Source: Acidobacteriota bacterium (lineage in GTDB: Bacteria > Acidobacteriota > Thermoanaerobaculia > Multivoradales > J023). From it: a stretch of 64,000 nt of DNA. Location: the NCBI GenBank assembly GCA_029263395.1, contig JAJCXO010000206.1:690-64689 (forward strand). Direction: 5' to 3'. Positions 55,444 to 64,000 of the stretch are shown in pieces; positions within the stretch are counted from its first letter, which is position 1; the number at the start of each line of letters is the position of its first letter. Below the pieces are notes generated by a model, which did not search any database, was not told the DNA's origin, and saw only the letters and a list, made by a program, of their open reading frames with translations. A program made the position numbers and the translations under genes.

Positions 55444-56283
55444 CTACAAAGACCGCTTGAGCGCCTGCTGCTTGCGTAACCCTTGACGCGCCATCACTTT
55501 GGCAAGGAATCCAGCGCAACGTGGTGACAGGTCACCGAGGCGGGCGAGCCAGCCACGCCAGCGGGGGATGGCGACGAAAAGCGGGCGTCGACGCAGGACA
55601 CGACCGAGGATGACCCGCGAAATATCTTCGACGGTCAGCACCCGAGGCGCGGTGAAGGTGAGGGCCGCTTCGGGATAGTCGAGCTGTTTGTCGAGCATCG
55701 GGGTGGCGACTGCATCGGGGCAGACGACGGTGACGGCAATACCTTCGGGGCGAAGCTCTTCGGCGGCGACGAGGGAAAAGGCACGGACAGCGTATTTGGA
55801 GGCCGAGTAGAGCGAGATGCCAGGGATCGGTGCCAGTGACGCGAGGGAGGCGATGTTGATGATATGCCCTCGATCTCGAGGAGCCGCGCCATGCTCCATC
55901 ATGACCCGCGCCGCAGCACGGGTTCCGAAAACGAGACCCTTGACGTTGATGTCGAAGTGACGATCGACATCAATGTCGTCGACTTCGAAGCAGCGACCGG
56001 GACGAATATAACCGGCGACATTGAGCATAACGTCGATACCACCCCACCCTTCGACGACGGCCTCCATCGCAGCGGTCCATGCGACAGGGTCGCACACGTC
56101 CAGCAGCTCAATGTGCACCCGATCGGCCGGCCAACCGGCAGTGTCAGCATGTTGCCGCAGAGCATCGAGATCGATGTCGGTGGCGACGACGCGATGGCCG
56201 CGCGCTAGCAGCTCGTCAGCCAGATGACGGCCGATACCACTGGCACAGCCGGTGATGAAAAATCGATCGCCGAGAGTTGTCAA
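55444..56283 (-). CDS. Short-chain dehydrogenase/reductase
   Basis: TGCASGIG, NVAG, NIAS, YSASK. Confidence 0.92.
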   Translation of the reverse strand: MTTLGDRFFITGCASGIGRHLADELLARGHRVVATDIDLDALRQHADTAGWPADRVHIELLDVCDPVAWTAAMEAVVEGWGGIDVMLNVAGYIRPGRCFEVDDIDVDRHFDINVKGLVFGTRAAARVMMEHGAAPRDRGHIINIASLASLAPIPGISLYSASKYAVRAFSLVAAEELRPEGIAVTVVCPDAVATPMLDKQLDYPEAALTFTAPRVLTVEDISRVILGRVLRRRPLFVAIPRWRGWLARLGDLSPRCAGFLAKVMARQGLRKQQALKRSL

Positions 56284-56289
56284 CAGCGT

Positions 56290-56850
56290 TCACTGATGGG
56301 GTCGGTAGGCGCGGATCCGCTCGGGATCGGTCTCGATCCGAGCACCACCGATCAGGTCGACACAATCGGGCACAGCAGCGAAGACTGCATCGAGGCAAGT
56401 CTTGACAGCCCGTGGACTGCCGGGCACGTTGATGATCAAGCAAGTGCCACGGACCGCACCGTGTTGACGGGAAAGAATGGCGGTGGGTACTTCGTTCAAC
56501 GAGACTCGCCGCATCAGCTCACCAAAGCCTGGCAGTAAACGAGTCGCCACCGCCTCGGTCGCTTCCGGGGTAACATCCCGCGGCGCCGGACCGGTGCCGC
56601 CGGCCGTCAACACCAAATCGCAGCCAACATCGTCGATCAGCTCGATCAAGGTGGCCTCGATCAGGTCTCGGTCGTCGGAGATCAAGCGAAAGTGGTGTTC
56701 GCTCGGCGAGGTCACAACCTCGTCGAGGTAGGCTCGCATGGCGGGCCCAGAGCGATCTTCATACTCGCCCCGGCTGGCACGGTCGGAGATCGACAAAATA
56801 CCCAAGCGAGCGGGACGTTGTCCCTCGCTCGGCTGTTTGCTCGCGGCCAC
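56290..56850 (-). CDS. mog: Molybdopterin adenylyltransferase
   Basis: SDRASRGEYEDRSGP, GGTGPAPRDVTPEAT, VPTAILSRQ. Confidence 0.93.
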   Translation of the reverse strand: MAASKQPSEGQRPARLGILSISDRASRGEYEDRSGPAMRAYLDEVVTSPSEHHFRLISDDRDLIEATLIELIDDVGCDLVLTAGGTGPAPRDVTPEATEAVATRLLPGFGELMRRVSLNEVPTAILSRQHGAVRGTCLIINVPGSPRAVKTCLDAVFAAVPDCVDLIGGARIETDPERIRAYRPHQ

Positions 56851-56851
56851 G

Positions 56852-57970
56852 TCAGTCGACCAACCGCTCGGGATTGAGATCTTCGAGTTCGGGAATCACG
56901 AACCGACCATCTTTGCGGATCAGCCGATCGTCGAAGTAAATCTCGCCACCACCGACTTCTGGCGTCATCAACAACACCATGTCCCAATGGACGTCACTCT
57001 CATTACCGTTGTCGGCGCTCTTGTAGGCATTACCGGGGGTGAAGTGGATGCTGCCGGCGATCTTCTCGTCGAACAGGATATCCTTCATCGGCTTGGTGAT
57101 ATGGGGATTGAAGCCGATAGCAAACTCGCCGACGTAACGGGCGCCTTCGTCGCTGTCGAGGACAGTGTTGAGGTGCTTCGTGTCGCTACTCGTCGCCTCG
57201 ACCACTTTGCCATCGCGAAAGACCAAGCGGATATCACGATGGGTTGCACCCTGGTAAATCGTCTCGGCATTGAATTGGATGGTGCCCTGGACCGAATCGC
57301 GCACTGGGGCGGTGAAGACCTCACCGTCGGGAATGTTGCGGCCGCCGTCACAGGTCACTGAGGGGATATCTTTGATACTGAAGCGGAGATCGGTTCCTGG
57401 CGCCACCAGACGGACTCGATCGGTCCGGTCCATCAACTCCTTGAGGGGCTGCATGGCCCGCGACATCCGTGCGTAGTCCATCGTGCAGACGCGAAAGTAG
57501 AAGTCCTCGAACTCCTCCGTCGACATCTCGGCTTGTTGGGCCATCGAAGGGCTCGGCCAGCGCAGAACAACCCAGCGGGTCTGCTCGACGCGCAGATCGC
57601 GGTGTGCGGGCTGCCACCACAGGCTCTGATAGAGCTTCATCTTCTCTGGCGGTACGTCGGACCACTCGGAGATGTTGGGGTTGCCGCGGACACCGATGTA
57701 CGCCTGCACCTTCGACATCCGGTAGGCGTCGATCTCACCGATCAGACGCATCTGATCTTCGGTGCCTGACAACATCAAATCACGCATCACCGCGTTGGAA
57801 CGCAGGCTGACCAACGGTAAGCCACCCACCGCCGAAACCGCTCGAATCAAACTGCGGGTGAAGTCATCAGGCAGGTCGAAAGCCTCGATCAGGACTACTT
57901 CACCGGCTTGCAACGCGCAGGAGTAGTTGACCAGTACGTCGGCCAGCTTCTCGTATCGCGGATCTGCCAT
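56852..57970 (-). CDS. Aminopeptidase, M29 (AmpS/AmpT) family
   Basis: NIPDGEVFTAP, GEFAIG, ILFDEKIAGSIH, SDVHWD. Confidence 0.92.
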   Translation of the reverse strand: MADPRYEKLADVLVNYSCALQAGEVVLIEAFDLPDDFTRSLIRAVSAVGGLPLVSLRSNAVMRDLMLSGTEDQMRLIGEIDAYRMSKVQAYIGVRGNPNISEWSDVPPEKMKLYQSLWWQPAHRDLRVEQTRWVVLRWPSPSMAQQAEMSTEEFEDFYFRVCTMDYARMSRAMQPLKELMDRTDRVRLVAPGTDLRFSIKDIPSVTCDGGRNIPDGEVFTAPVRDSVQGTIQFNAETIYQGATHRDIRLVFRDGKVVEATSSDTKHLNTVLDSDEGARYVGEFAIGFNPHITKPMKDILFDEKIAGSIHFTPGNAYKSADNGNESDVHWDMVLLMTPEVGGGEIYFDDRLIRKDGRFVIPELEDLNPERLVD

Positions 57971-57995
57971 ATCTAGGGCTCCTCGTGGGTCGGGG

Positions 57996-58023
57996 ATGAG
58001 AGGGTTCGGACGAACCCTCTCAT
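57996..58023. terminator. Perfect intergenic hairpin
   Basis: ATGAGAGGGTTCG-GA-CGAACCCTCTCAT, 13-bp arms. Confidence 0.5.
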
Positions 58024-58082
58024 GTTATCGCCGATCGACGAGCTAGCGGCCATCCGTTGCGGACGGCTACTCATCGCGAGAG

Positions 58083-58379
58083 CTAGACCGTGATCAAACA
58101 GTCGCGGCTGCCGTACTGGTTGGGCACCAGGCGATCGGGAGTCTCGTCGTTCGCCCACCGCTCGCCATCGAGCAAGTAACGGAAGCGATAGTCGTTGCCG
58201 GCATCGAGCGAAACAGTGACGCTGCGGCTGCCGTCTTTGAGCTTCTTCAAGGGATGGCTGTCAGCATCCCATTCGTTGAACTCGCCGAGCAAGGCGACGC
58301 GCTCGGCTTCGAGCTCCGCCGGGACTTTGAACGTGACTCGGCACGAGGTGCCAGTCTTGGAGTAGTTTTTCTTGAGCAT
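58083..58379 (-). CDS. Isoamylase early-set / CBM48 glycogen-binding protein
   Basis: CRVTF, VALLGEFNEW, YRFRYLLDGERWAND; GAGGAG RBS. Confidence 0.88.
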   Translation of the reverse strand: MLKKNYSKTGTSCRVTFKVPAELEAERVALLGEFNEWDADSHPLKKLKDGSRSVTVSLDAGNDYRFRYLLDGERWANDETPDRLVPNQYGSRDCLITV

Positions 58380-58625
58380 GAGGTTCTCCTCTAGTGTGTG
58401 TTGCAAAGAGCCCAGAGCAGATCTGTGATTTGCATTCAGCAAGTCTGATCGTCAGCTATGGCACTGCTTCAGTAGCACTGCCATAGCGGCGAACTGCCTG
58501 CGATTCGTTTGTTTCGGTACTGCCCGAGCTGTGCGGGAATGACGTCGCTCGGAAGGATCGGCAAGGAAAGCCGGAGTGAGCGACAACGCGGCGGTCCGCG
58601 CGCGGGCAAACTAGCACACTCTAGA

Positions 58626-58686
58626 GCGAAAGGCTACGCCAAACAAAACGAAAGGCTAGGCCAAACAAAGCGAAAGGCTACGCCAA
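58626..58686. repeat. 22-bp tandem repeat, about 3 copies
   Basis: GCGAAAGGCTACGCCAAACAAA / ACGAAAGGCTAGGCCAAACAAA / GCGAAAGGCTACGCCAA. Confidence 0.85.
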
Positions 58687-58705
58687 GTATTTTGTAGGCT
58701 AGCTG

Positions 58706-60484
58706 CTAAGCAGCGGCGTCGGGCAACGCCGTATCGGGATGTGCACCCGACATGATGCGCCAACTGGTCACCTTCTCGTCGATCTCACGCATGCGTTTAC
58801 AGATCAACCGACAAAGCAGCATCATGAAGCTGCGCGCAGCCCGCGGATCCATCGCCATGATCTCGTTCAGGGTCTGGTCGTCAAAGGTCACAACAGTGAC
58901 CGGCCCCTGAAACGCCTTGGCATCGGCTGAACGCGGCTCTCCGTCGATCAACGACATCTCGCCGAAGAAATCTCCACGGTCGAGGATCGCCAGTGCTTCT
59001 TCACCACCGCCGGGGATGAACTTGCTGATCATCACCTGGCCTTCGAGCACCACATACATCTCGTGGCCCTCGTCTCCCTCACGGAACAAGAATGTACCGC
59101 TCGGATAACGTTTGACGTTGGAGAAGTTGGCCAGGGTCTCGAGCTCCGCTCCGCTGAGACCTTGCTCGCGAAAGAGCTCGATCTTATCGTCGGCTCCGAC
59201 GTCCACCGCACCGGTCTCGGCTTGACTTTGGCGCAATTCCTGAAGGTCTTCGGTCGAGTTCTCCTCTACGAAAAAAGTCCGCAGCTGTTCGTTGGCGCTC
59301 CGTAGCTTTTGCGCCAGACCGTGCCAGAAGCCCCAGAAAACCTGGACGCCCAAATCGGGATGCTGATCGAGCACTGTTTCGAGCTGGGTGGGGTCGAGAC
59401 GGACCAACTCGCAGCCTTGGCCCGCCACGGCATCGCCGGTCCGCTCACCGGGTAGGATGAAGTTGATCTCACCGAAGACGTCACCCGGGCCCAGACTGCC
59501 GAGCGGATAGCTACCGTAGGACGTCTGTCGCCGGATCACCACGGTACCCTTCTCGACAATGTAGATATCGGCATCGGAGCTGCCGAAGGAGAAAATCTCC
59601 GCGCCCTTTTCGAAATGCTCCTCGTGGGCCGCCAAGGTGAGATGAAAAACCTGCTCGTCGTCTAGATGAGACCAGGCTTCGATCTTGCGCATCCGCCGGG
59701 CGAGCTCCAGACGGCCACTCTGCGGCCTGGCTGGCGCCTTGACAGGGATCTTTCGGGTAGCGTCCTCGTCGCGCAGGAACCGCTCACGCTGCAGCTCCAG
59801 GCGGTCGAAGGCGGTCTGCAGCTTTTCTCGACGCTCCCGAAACAACTGCACCAGATCCGCACTGGAGATCTTGCGAATCGTTTTCAGAGTCCGGATCCGC
59901 TTCTTTAGATGTTTGCCCTTTTCGCGATCGTCGTCCTGTAACAACAAGAAGGCATCGATCGTCGCTTCGATTGCCTCCCGGTAATGCTCGCGCTCGTACT
60001 CGACGCGCCCTAGCAGATCGGCGATCTCGCGATCGAACGGATTGTAGCGCTGAGCGCGGCGTAGCTCGCGACCTGCTTCGTCATACCGCTTGTCGCGAAA
60101 CATCAACTTGCCGTTGAGCTTGTGAACGTAAGGATTGGCCATTTCCTTACTGCTGGCGATTTGCAGACATTCAGCAGCAAGATCTGGCTTGCCGCGCTCT
60201 TCGTAGAGAGCGGCCAAGCCGAAGAAATGGGCCGAGTCGATCGCGTTACGCCGCAGACGCTCTCGCAGCGCCTGCTCCGCATCACGCGTCGAGTCGCCCA
60301 GGCTCTGGCGTCGGTGTTTGCGCACCTCAGCTAAATTGAGCTGGATGCCCATATTGTTGGGCGCAAAACGCTGGGCAAGCTGAAACAGCTCGTCCGCTTC
60401 GTCGTACATGTCGCCATCAGCGAAACGCTTGGCAAGCGACGTGAGGAGCTCCAGATCCACCGGAGGCTTCTTCGAAATGGACAT
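58706..60484 (-). CDS. TPR protein with two cyclic-nucleotide-binding domains
   Basis: N-terminal TPRs; GDVFGEINFILPGERTGDA and GDFFGEMSLIDGEPRSADA cNMP motifs. Confidence 0.85.
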   Translation of the reverse strand: MSISKKPPVDLELLTSLAKRFADGDMYDEADELFQLAQRFAPNNMGIQLNLAEVRKHRRQSLGDSTRDAEQALRERLRRNAIDSAHFFGLAALYEERGKPDLAAECLQIASSKEMANPYVHKLNGKLMFRDKRYDEAGRELRRAQRYNPFDREIADLLGRVEYEREHYREAIEATIDAFLLLQDDDREKGKHLKKRIRTLKTIRKISSADLVQLFRERREKLQTAFDRLELQRERFLRDEDATRKIPVKAPARPQSGRLELARRMRKIEAWSHLDDEQVFHLTLAAHEEHFEKGAEIFSFGSSDADIYIVEKGTVVIRRQTSYGSYPLGSLGPGDVFGEINFILPGERTGDAVAGQGCELVRLDPTQLETVLDQHPDLGVQVFWGFWHGLAQKLRSANEQLRTFFVEENSTEDLQELRQSQAETGAVDVGADDKIELFREQGLSGAELETLANFSNVKRYPSGTFLFREGDEGHEMYVVLEGQVMISKFIPGGGEEALAILDRGDFFGEMSLIDGEPRSADAKAFQGPVTVVTFDDQTLNEIMAMDPRAARSFMMLLCRLICKRMREIDEKVTSWRIMSGAHPDTALPDAAA

Positions 60485-60724
60485 CGGACCTTATAGTTTA
60501 GCATGAGCCCTCCGACCCTCCGCAAGATTCACTCCGCAGCTGGCCAGCTGAGCAATCCGTCGGATCTCTGACAATGGTGGTACTTAGCTTTCTATGGCTA
60601 TTCCACTATGATTGCCATATTCTGACCCGGCTTGGTAGTCGAGTTCGATCAAACACAGGCGCTGGGCAACACCGTAGCGCGGTCCCCACCGTCGGTTCCT
60701 CCTGATCTCATTGTCGAAAACGCC

Positions 60725-61201
60725 ATGACAGCCAACACGAGTGAGCCGCTAGAGGTCGCCTTGAAGGGTATCGAGCTCTGTCGCCAAGGCGACTGGAACG
60801 AGGGCCTTTATTGGCTGAGCCAAGCAGCGGCGGGTGAAGGCAAAGGGCACGAGTTGCCGGCTCTCTTCTACTCGTACTTCGGCTACGCAATCGCCAAGAA
60901 GCAAGACCAGGTGGCCCACGGGCTCAGGCTCTGCAAACGAGCCGTGGAGCTCGAGCTCTACCAGCCTGAGAGTTATTACTTCTTGGCTCGGACCCATTTT
61001 CTGGACGGCGATCGGAGGGCCGCCTTTAAGGTTGTCGAGCGCGGACTGCGGATCGACTCGACCCATGCCGACTTGCTCGAGCTCAAATCAAAGCTCGGTC
61101 GACGCCGTAAGCCCGTGATCTCGTGGTTGGCGCGGCGGCACCCGGTCAACCGCTTTTTGGGCAGGGTTCGGCATCGGCTGCTCGGTTCGAAGCACCGCTG
61201 A
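60725..61201 (+). CDS. Small TPR protein
   Basis: TPR-like helices (LCKRAVELELYQPESYYFLAR), basic tail (RRHPVNRFLGR). Confidence 0.75.
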   Translation: MTANTSEPLEVALKGIELCRQGDWNEGLYWLSQAAAGEGKGHELPALFYSYFGYAIAKKQDQVAHGLRLCKRAVELELYQPESYYFLARTHFLDGDRRAAFKVVERGLRIDSTHADLLELKSKLGRRRKPVISWLARRHPVNRFLGRVRHRLLGSKHR

Positions 61202-61386
61202 GCTTCCCGCCGCAGTAAACTAGGGTCCGCTTGGTAAATCGGGTCCGCTGGAATTGCATCTCGATGGCGCAGTGCCTGCTGCCGTGGATCTCTGGTGACC
61301 AATTGTGCGTAGTTCCACGAGGCGACTCGACAGCTTTCGCGCAGTGCTGCTCCGGCTGTCGATTTGTCGCCGCCCACTAGACTCTT

Positions 61387-63861
61387 GTGATCATGAAAAA
61401 GACTACCCGCGATAGCTCCAAACGACGCAAGACCTTGACCGTCATCTGTTCCAAGGGTGCCCGCCAGCGGTTCTTGCGCGGCATGATCACGCACGATCTT
61501 GTACAGCGTGGATTGAGCTTCGACGACGGCTATGCCGCAGCCCATGCTATTCGTGACCGCCTTGCTGAGCGTGAGGAAGTGACGACCTCTGAGATTCGAG
61601 ACATGATCCAAGAGCATTTGGAGAGCACTCTTGGTTCCGACCTGCCAGCACGGCTGCGCCGACCGATGCGGAGGGAGCCGCAACATTTCGTGCTCAAGGA
61701 CGGCAAGAAGCAGCCTTTCTCTCGTGGCCTATTGGCTCGCAGTATGTACGCTGCAGGCCTCGACCTCGAGCGTGCTTATCGACTGGTAGCAGAGCTTGAG
61801 AAAGAGTTGCAAAAGACCGACTCCACCGTATCCACCAGTTCAGACATCGCTCGTCAAACCGCGGAGATCTTGGAACGCCTGGAAGGTGACGAGATCGCGC
61901 AGAGGTACCGTTTGGTACGTCGCATCCACCGACTCCCCAGACCCCTAGTGATCTACGTCGGCGGGGCCAGTGGAACAGGTAAGTCTACGGTAGCTCTCGA
62001 GCTGGCTCCCCTATTGCGCATCTACCGTGTCACCTCCACTGACACCATCCGCCAGATGATGCGGATGGTTTTCTCGCCCACTATTCTGCCTGCACTTTAT
62101 AGTTCCAGCTTCGAAGTTGCGCCGGCCTTCGGCGATGGTTCGATCCCGGACGACTACCACGTGTCGGCCCAAGATCCTGAGTTTATTCAGCGCCTGACAT
62201 CAACTTTCGAGGAGCAGTCGACCCGGGTGTGTGTCGGAGTCCGGGCGGTGGTCGAACGTGCCATTGCCGAGAACATGAGCATCTTGGTGGAGGGTGTCCA
62301 CCTGTGTCCGCCGTTGGTGCCGTTCAGCGATCTCGAAGGCGCCGCCTATCAAGTTCCGATGATGATGACGATTCCTGACGTCGAGGTCCATCGCTCGCGC
62401 TTCCTCAATCGCGCTCGACTCGGCGGCCGTCGAGCCGAACGTTATGTCGAGAATTTCGAAGCGATCCGCATGGTGCACGACTTTGTGCTGCAACAAGCCG
62501 AAACGCATGATGTCCCGCTCCTCGATACGTCCTTCGATGATCCGCCCGTCGTCCAAAGCTTGCGTTTAGTCACAAGCTTGCTACAAGAGCGGCTGCCGGC
62601 GCTGGCGCAGGCTGGCTGGCATACAGCTAAACCAATCACCCCGACACTGCTGCTGGTAATTGATGGTCTAGCGGATCGGCCGGTGCGCGCTCTCGGTGGG
62701 CGAACACCCCTACAGGCTGCCGAAACGCCCCATCTCGATCGACTGGCGGCGGAGGGCCAAAGCGGTTTGGCGGATCCGATAGCTCCGGGGGTGGTACCCG
62801 ACACCGCGGCGGGTACGCTGGCGCTCTTCGGTCAGTCACCCCTCGCTCTCAAACGCGGTCCGGTAGAAGCGCTAGGTGCGGATTTCGAGCTCAATGTTGG
62901 CGATATCGCGTTGCGTGGCAACTTCGCCACGTTGGGCGACAACAATCAAATCATCGACCGTCGGGCCGGACGGATCCGCGGACAAACCGACAAGCTAGCA
63001 AAAGCAATCGACCGCCTACCGCTGCCTGGCAGTCTTGGTCGTGAGGTGGAGATACGAGTCAGGGCGGCGACCGAGCATCGCCTGGCGATCGTGATGCGAG
63101 GCGACGGCCTATCGTCGAATATTCAAGGTTCGGACCCTGGTGATGGCGCCGCGGCCGGGCCGGCTCTAACACCGCGACCGAACGAGCCCAACGACGAACG
63201 GGCGGTCGAGACCGCACGGATCCTGGCGCTTTTCGAACAGAAGGCGCGCAAGGTGCTGGCCAAGCACCCGATCAACCTAGCCCGCAAGGCCGAAGGGCTG
63301 CCGCTCGCCAATATCGTACTGACCCGAGGCGCTGGCAGGATCCATCATCTTGTACCGCTCGAAGAAGCTGGGATTCCGCTCAAATTGGCATGTATCGGTG
63401 GTGACCGAACAGTACTTGGCCTGGCCAAGCTCCTCGGCGCCAGAACGGTGAGTCGCGACGGCATGACGGCGAATCTCGACACCAACTTGGATGCCAAGTT
63501 CGATGCTGCCTTGCGCGCACTGAAACGCGACGATCTGGTGATTGTCCACGTCAAGGGAGCTGATATCGCGGCCCACGATCAACGGCCCGATCTCAAAGCC
63601 GCCTTCTTGGAGAAGGTCGATCGTGCGCTAGGAGCCTTTCTCGAACGCCATACCGACGATTTCCGGGTCGCGGTAGCAGCGGATCACGCAACCTTGTCTG
63701 AGAGTGGGCAACACGCCGCCGATCCGCTGCCGGTGTTGGTGTGGGGTCCAGGTATCGAACCCGACTCGGTGATGAGCTACGACGAAACGGCAGCAGCGGC
63801 TGGCGCTTTGCAGCAATTTCCTTTACAACTACTACTCGAACGCTTATTCGACCTCAGCTGA
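61387..63861 (+). CDS. Fusion of two ATP-cones, 2-phosphoglycerate kinase-like P-loop domain and ApgM-type cofactor-independent phosphoglycerate mutase
   Basis: F.RG ATP-cones (RFLRGMIT, PFSRGLLARS), GGASGTGKST, STDTIRQMMR, EGVHL; then IDGLADRP..LGGRTPL, ALRGNFAT, DRRAGR, HVKGADIAAHD, ADHAT, HAADPLP. Confidence 0.85.
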   Translation: MIMKKTTRDSSKRRKTLTVICSKGARQRFLRGMITHDLVQRGLSFDDGYAAAHAIRDRLAEREEVTTSEIRDMIQEHLESTLGSDLPARLRRPMRREPQHFVLKDGKKQPFSRGLLARSMYAAGLDLERAYRLVAELEKELQKTDSTVSTSSDIARQTAEILERLEGDEIAQRYRLVRRIHRLPRPLVIYVGGASGTGKSTVALELAPLLRIYRVTSTDTIRQMMRMVFSPTILPALYSSSFEVAPAFGDGSIPDDYHVSAQDPEFIQRLTSTFEEQSTRVCVGVRAVVERAIAENMSILVEGVHLCPPLVPFSDLEGAAYQVPMMMTIPDVEVHRSRFLNRARLGGRRAERYVENFEAIRMVHDFVLQQAETHDVPLLDTSFDDPPVVQSLRLVTSLLQERLPALAQAGWHTAKPITPTLLLVIDGLADRPVRALGGRTPLQAAETPHLDRLAAEGQSGLADPIAPGVVPDTAAGTLALFGQSPLALKRGPVEALGADFELNVGDIALRGNFATLGDNNQIIDRRAGRIRGQTDKLAKAIDRLPLPGSLGREVEIRVRAATEHRLAIVMRGDGLSSNIQGSDPGDGAAAGPALTPRPNEPNDERAVETARILALFEQKARKVLAKHPINLARKAEGLPLANIVLTRGAGRIHHLVPLEEAGIPLKLACIGGDRTVLGLAKLLGARTVSRDGMTANLDTNLDAKFDAALRALKRDDLVIVHVKGADIAAHDQRPDLKAAFLEKVDRALGAFLERHTDDFRVAVAADHATLSESGQHAADPLPVLVWGPGIEPDSVMSYDETAAAAGALQQFPLQLLLERLFDLS

Positions 63862-63871
63862 ACCTGCAAAG

Positions 63872-64000
63872 ATGAACGAGTCGGCCATCGCTCCTCCGCT
63901 TGCTGTTGAACCAGCCCCAGCAGCCCCCACTGTTGGCCTCGACGTGCCGCGAGTCCTGGGGTGTGTCGAAGGGACCGAGCCCGGCCCCATTCTGATCGTT
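63872..64000 (+). CDS. Probable succinylglutamate desuccinylase/aspartoacylase (M14) family protein, partial
   Basis: Manual translation ...PRVLGCVEGTEPGPILIV, which typically precedes the HGNE motif; cut by the window edge. Confidence 0.5.
   Translation, partial: MNESAIAPPLAVEPAPAAPTVGLDVPRVLGCVEGTEPGPILIV

Noticed and set aside
58424-58490. CRP-like site and hairpin upstream of the CBM48 gene
   Set aside because: TGTGA half-site lacks a good TCACA partner; the GCTATGGCA/TGCCATAGC hairpin has no assignable function
58626-58686. Mini-CRISPR or iteron origin
   Set aside because: Three contiguous 22-mers with no spacers and no rep or cas gene nearby; treated as a tandem duplication

Overview
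GC-rich (roughly 60% by eye) bacterial chromosomal window, densely coding, with no rRNA, tRNA, CRISPR array or intact transposase recognised. Gene style (ECF/zf-HC2 pairs, TPR-CHAT lipoprotein, IFxDGFESGD motif, signal-peptide Rhs) suggests Acidobacteriota, probably Thermoanaerobaculia; this is inference. Housekeeping genes (lexA, pilT-like, glgP, holA-like, lapB-like, dksA-like, rlmH, def, tdk, iscA-like, ygfZ-like, leucine-catabolism enzymes, moaD-moaE, mog, phosphohexomutase, M29 aminopeptidase) are interleaved with accessory modules. Most notable: (1) a four-gene unit of a lipoprotein TPR-CHAT caspase-like protease, a small exported protein, an ECF sigma and a membrane anti-sigma; (2) a fusion of archaeal-type 2-phosphoglycerate kinase with an ApgM-type mutase; (3) a DUF1016/YhcG gene whose linker is encoded by DNA palindromes with mutually inverted cores; (4) a vapC and its probable antitoxin placed divergently around a decayed duplicate of the host divergent promoter and gene starts; (5) a Sec-signal Rhs toxin locus with an internal IFCDGFESGD motif, an immunity candidate and an orphan core remnant; (6) a CTAG-bounded MITE-like hairpin, a 42-bp-period repeat tract, many 15-22 bp tandem duplications and many apparently leaderless genes. 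All family calls come from motif recognition, not database searches.
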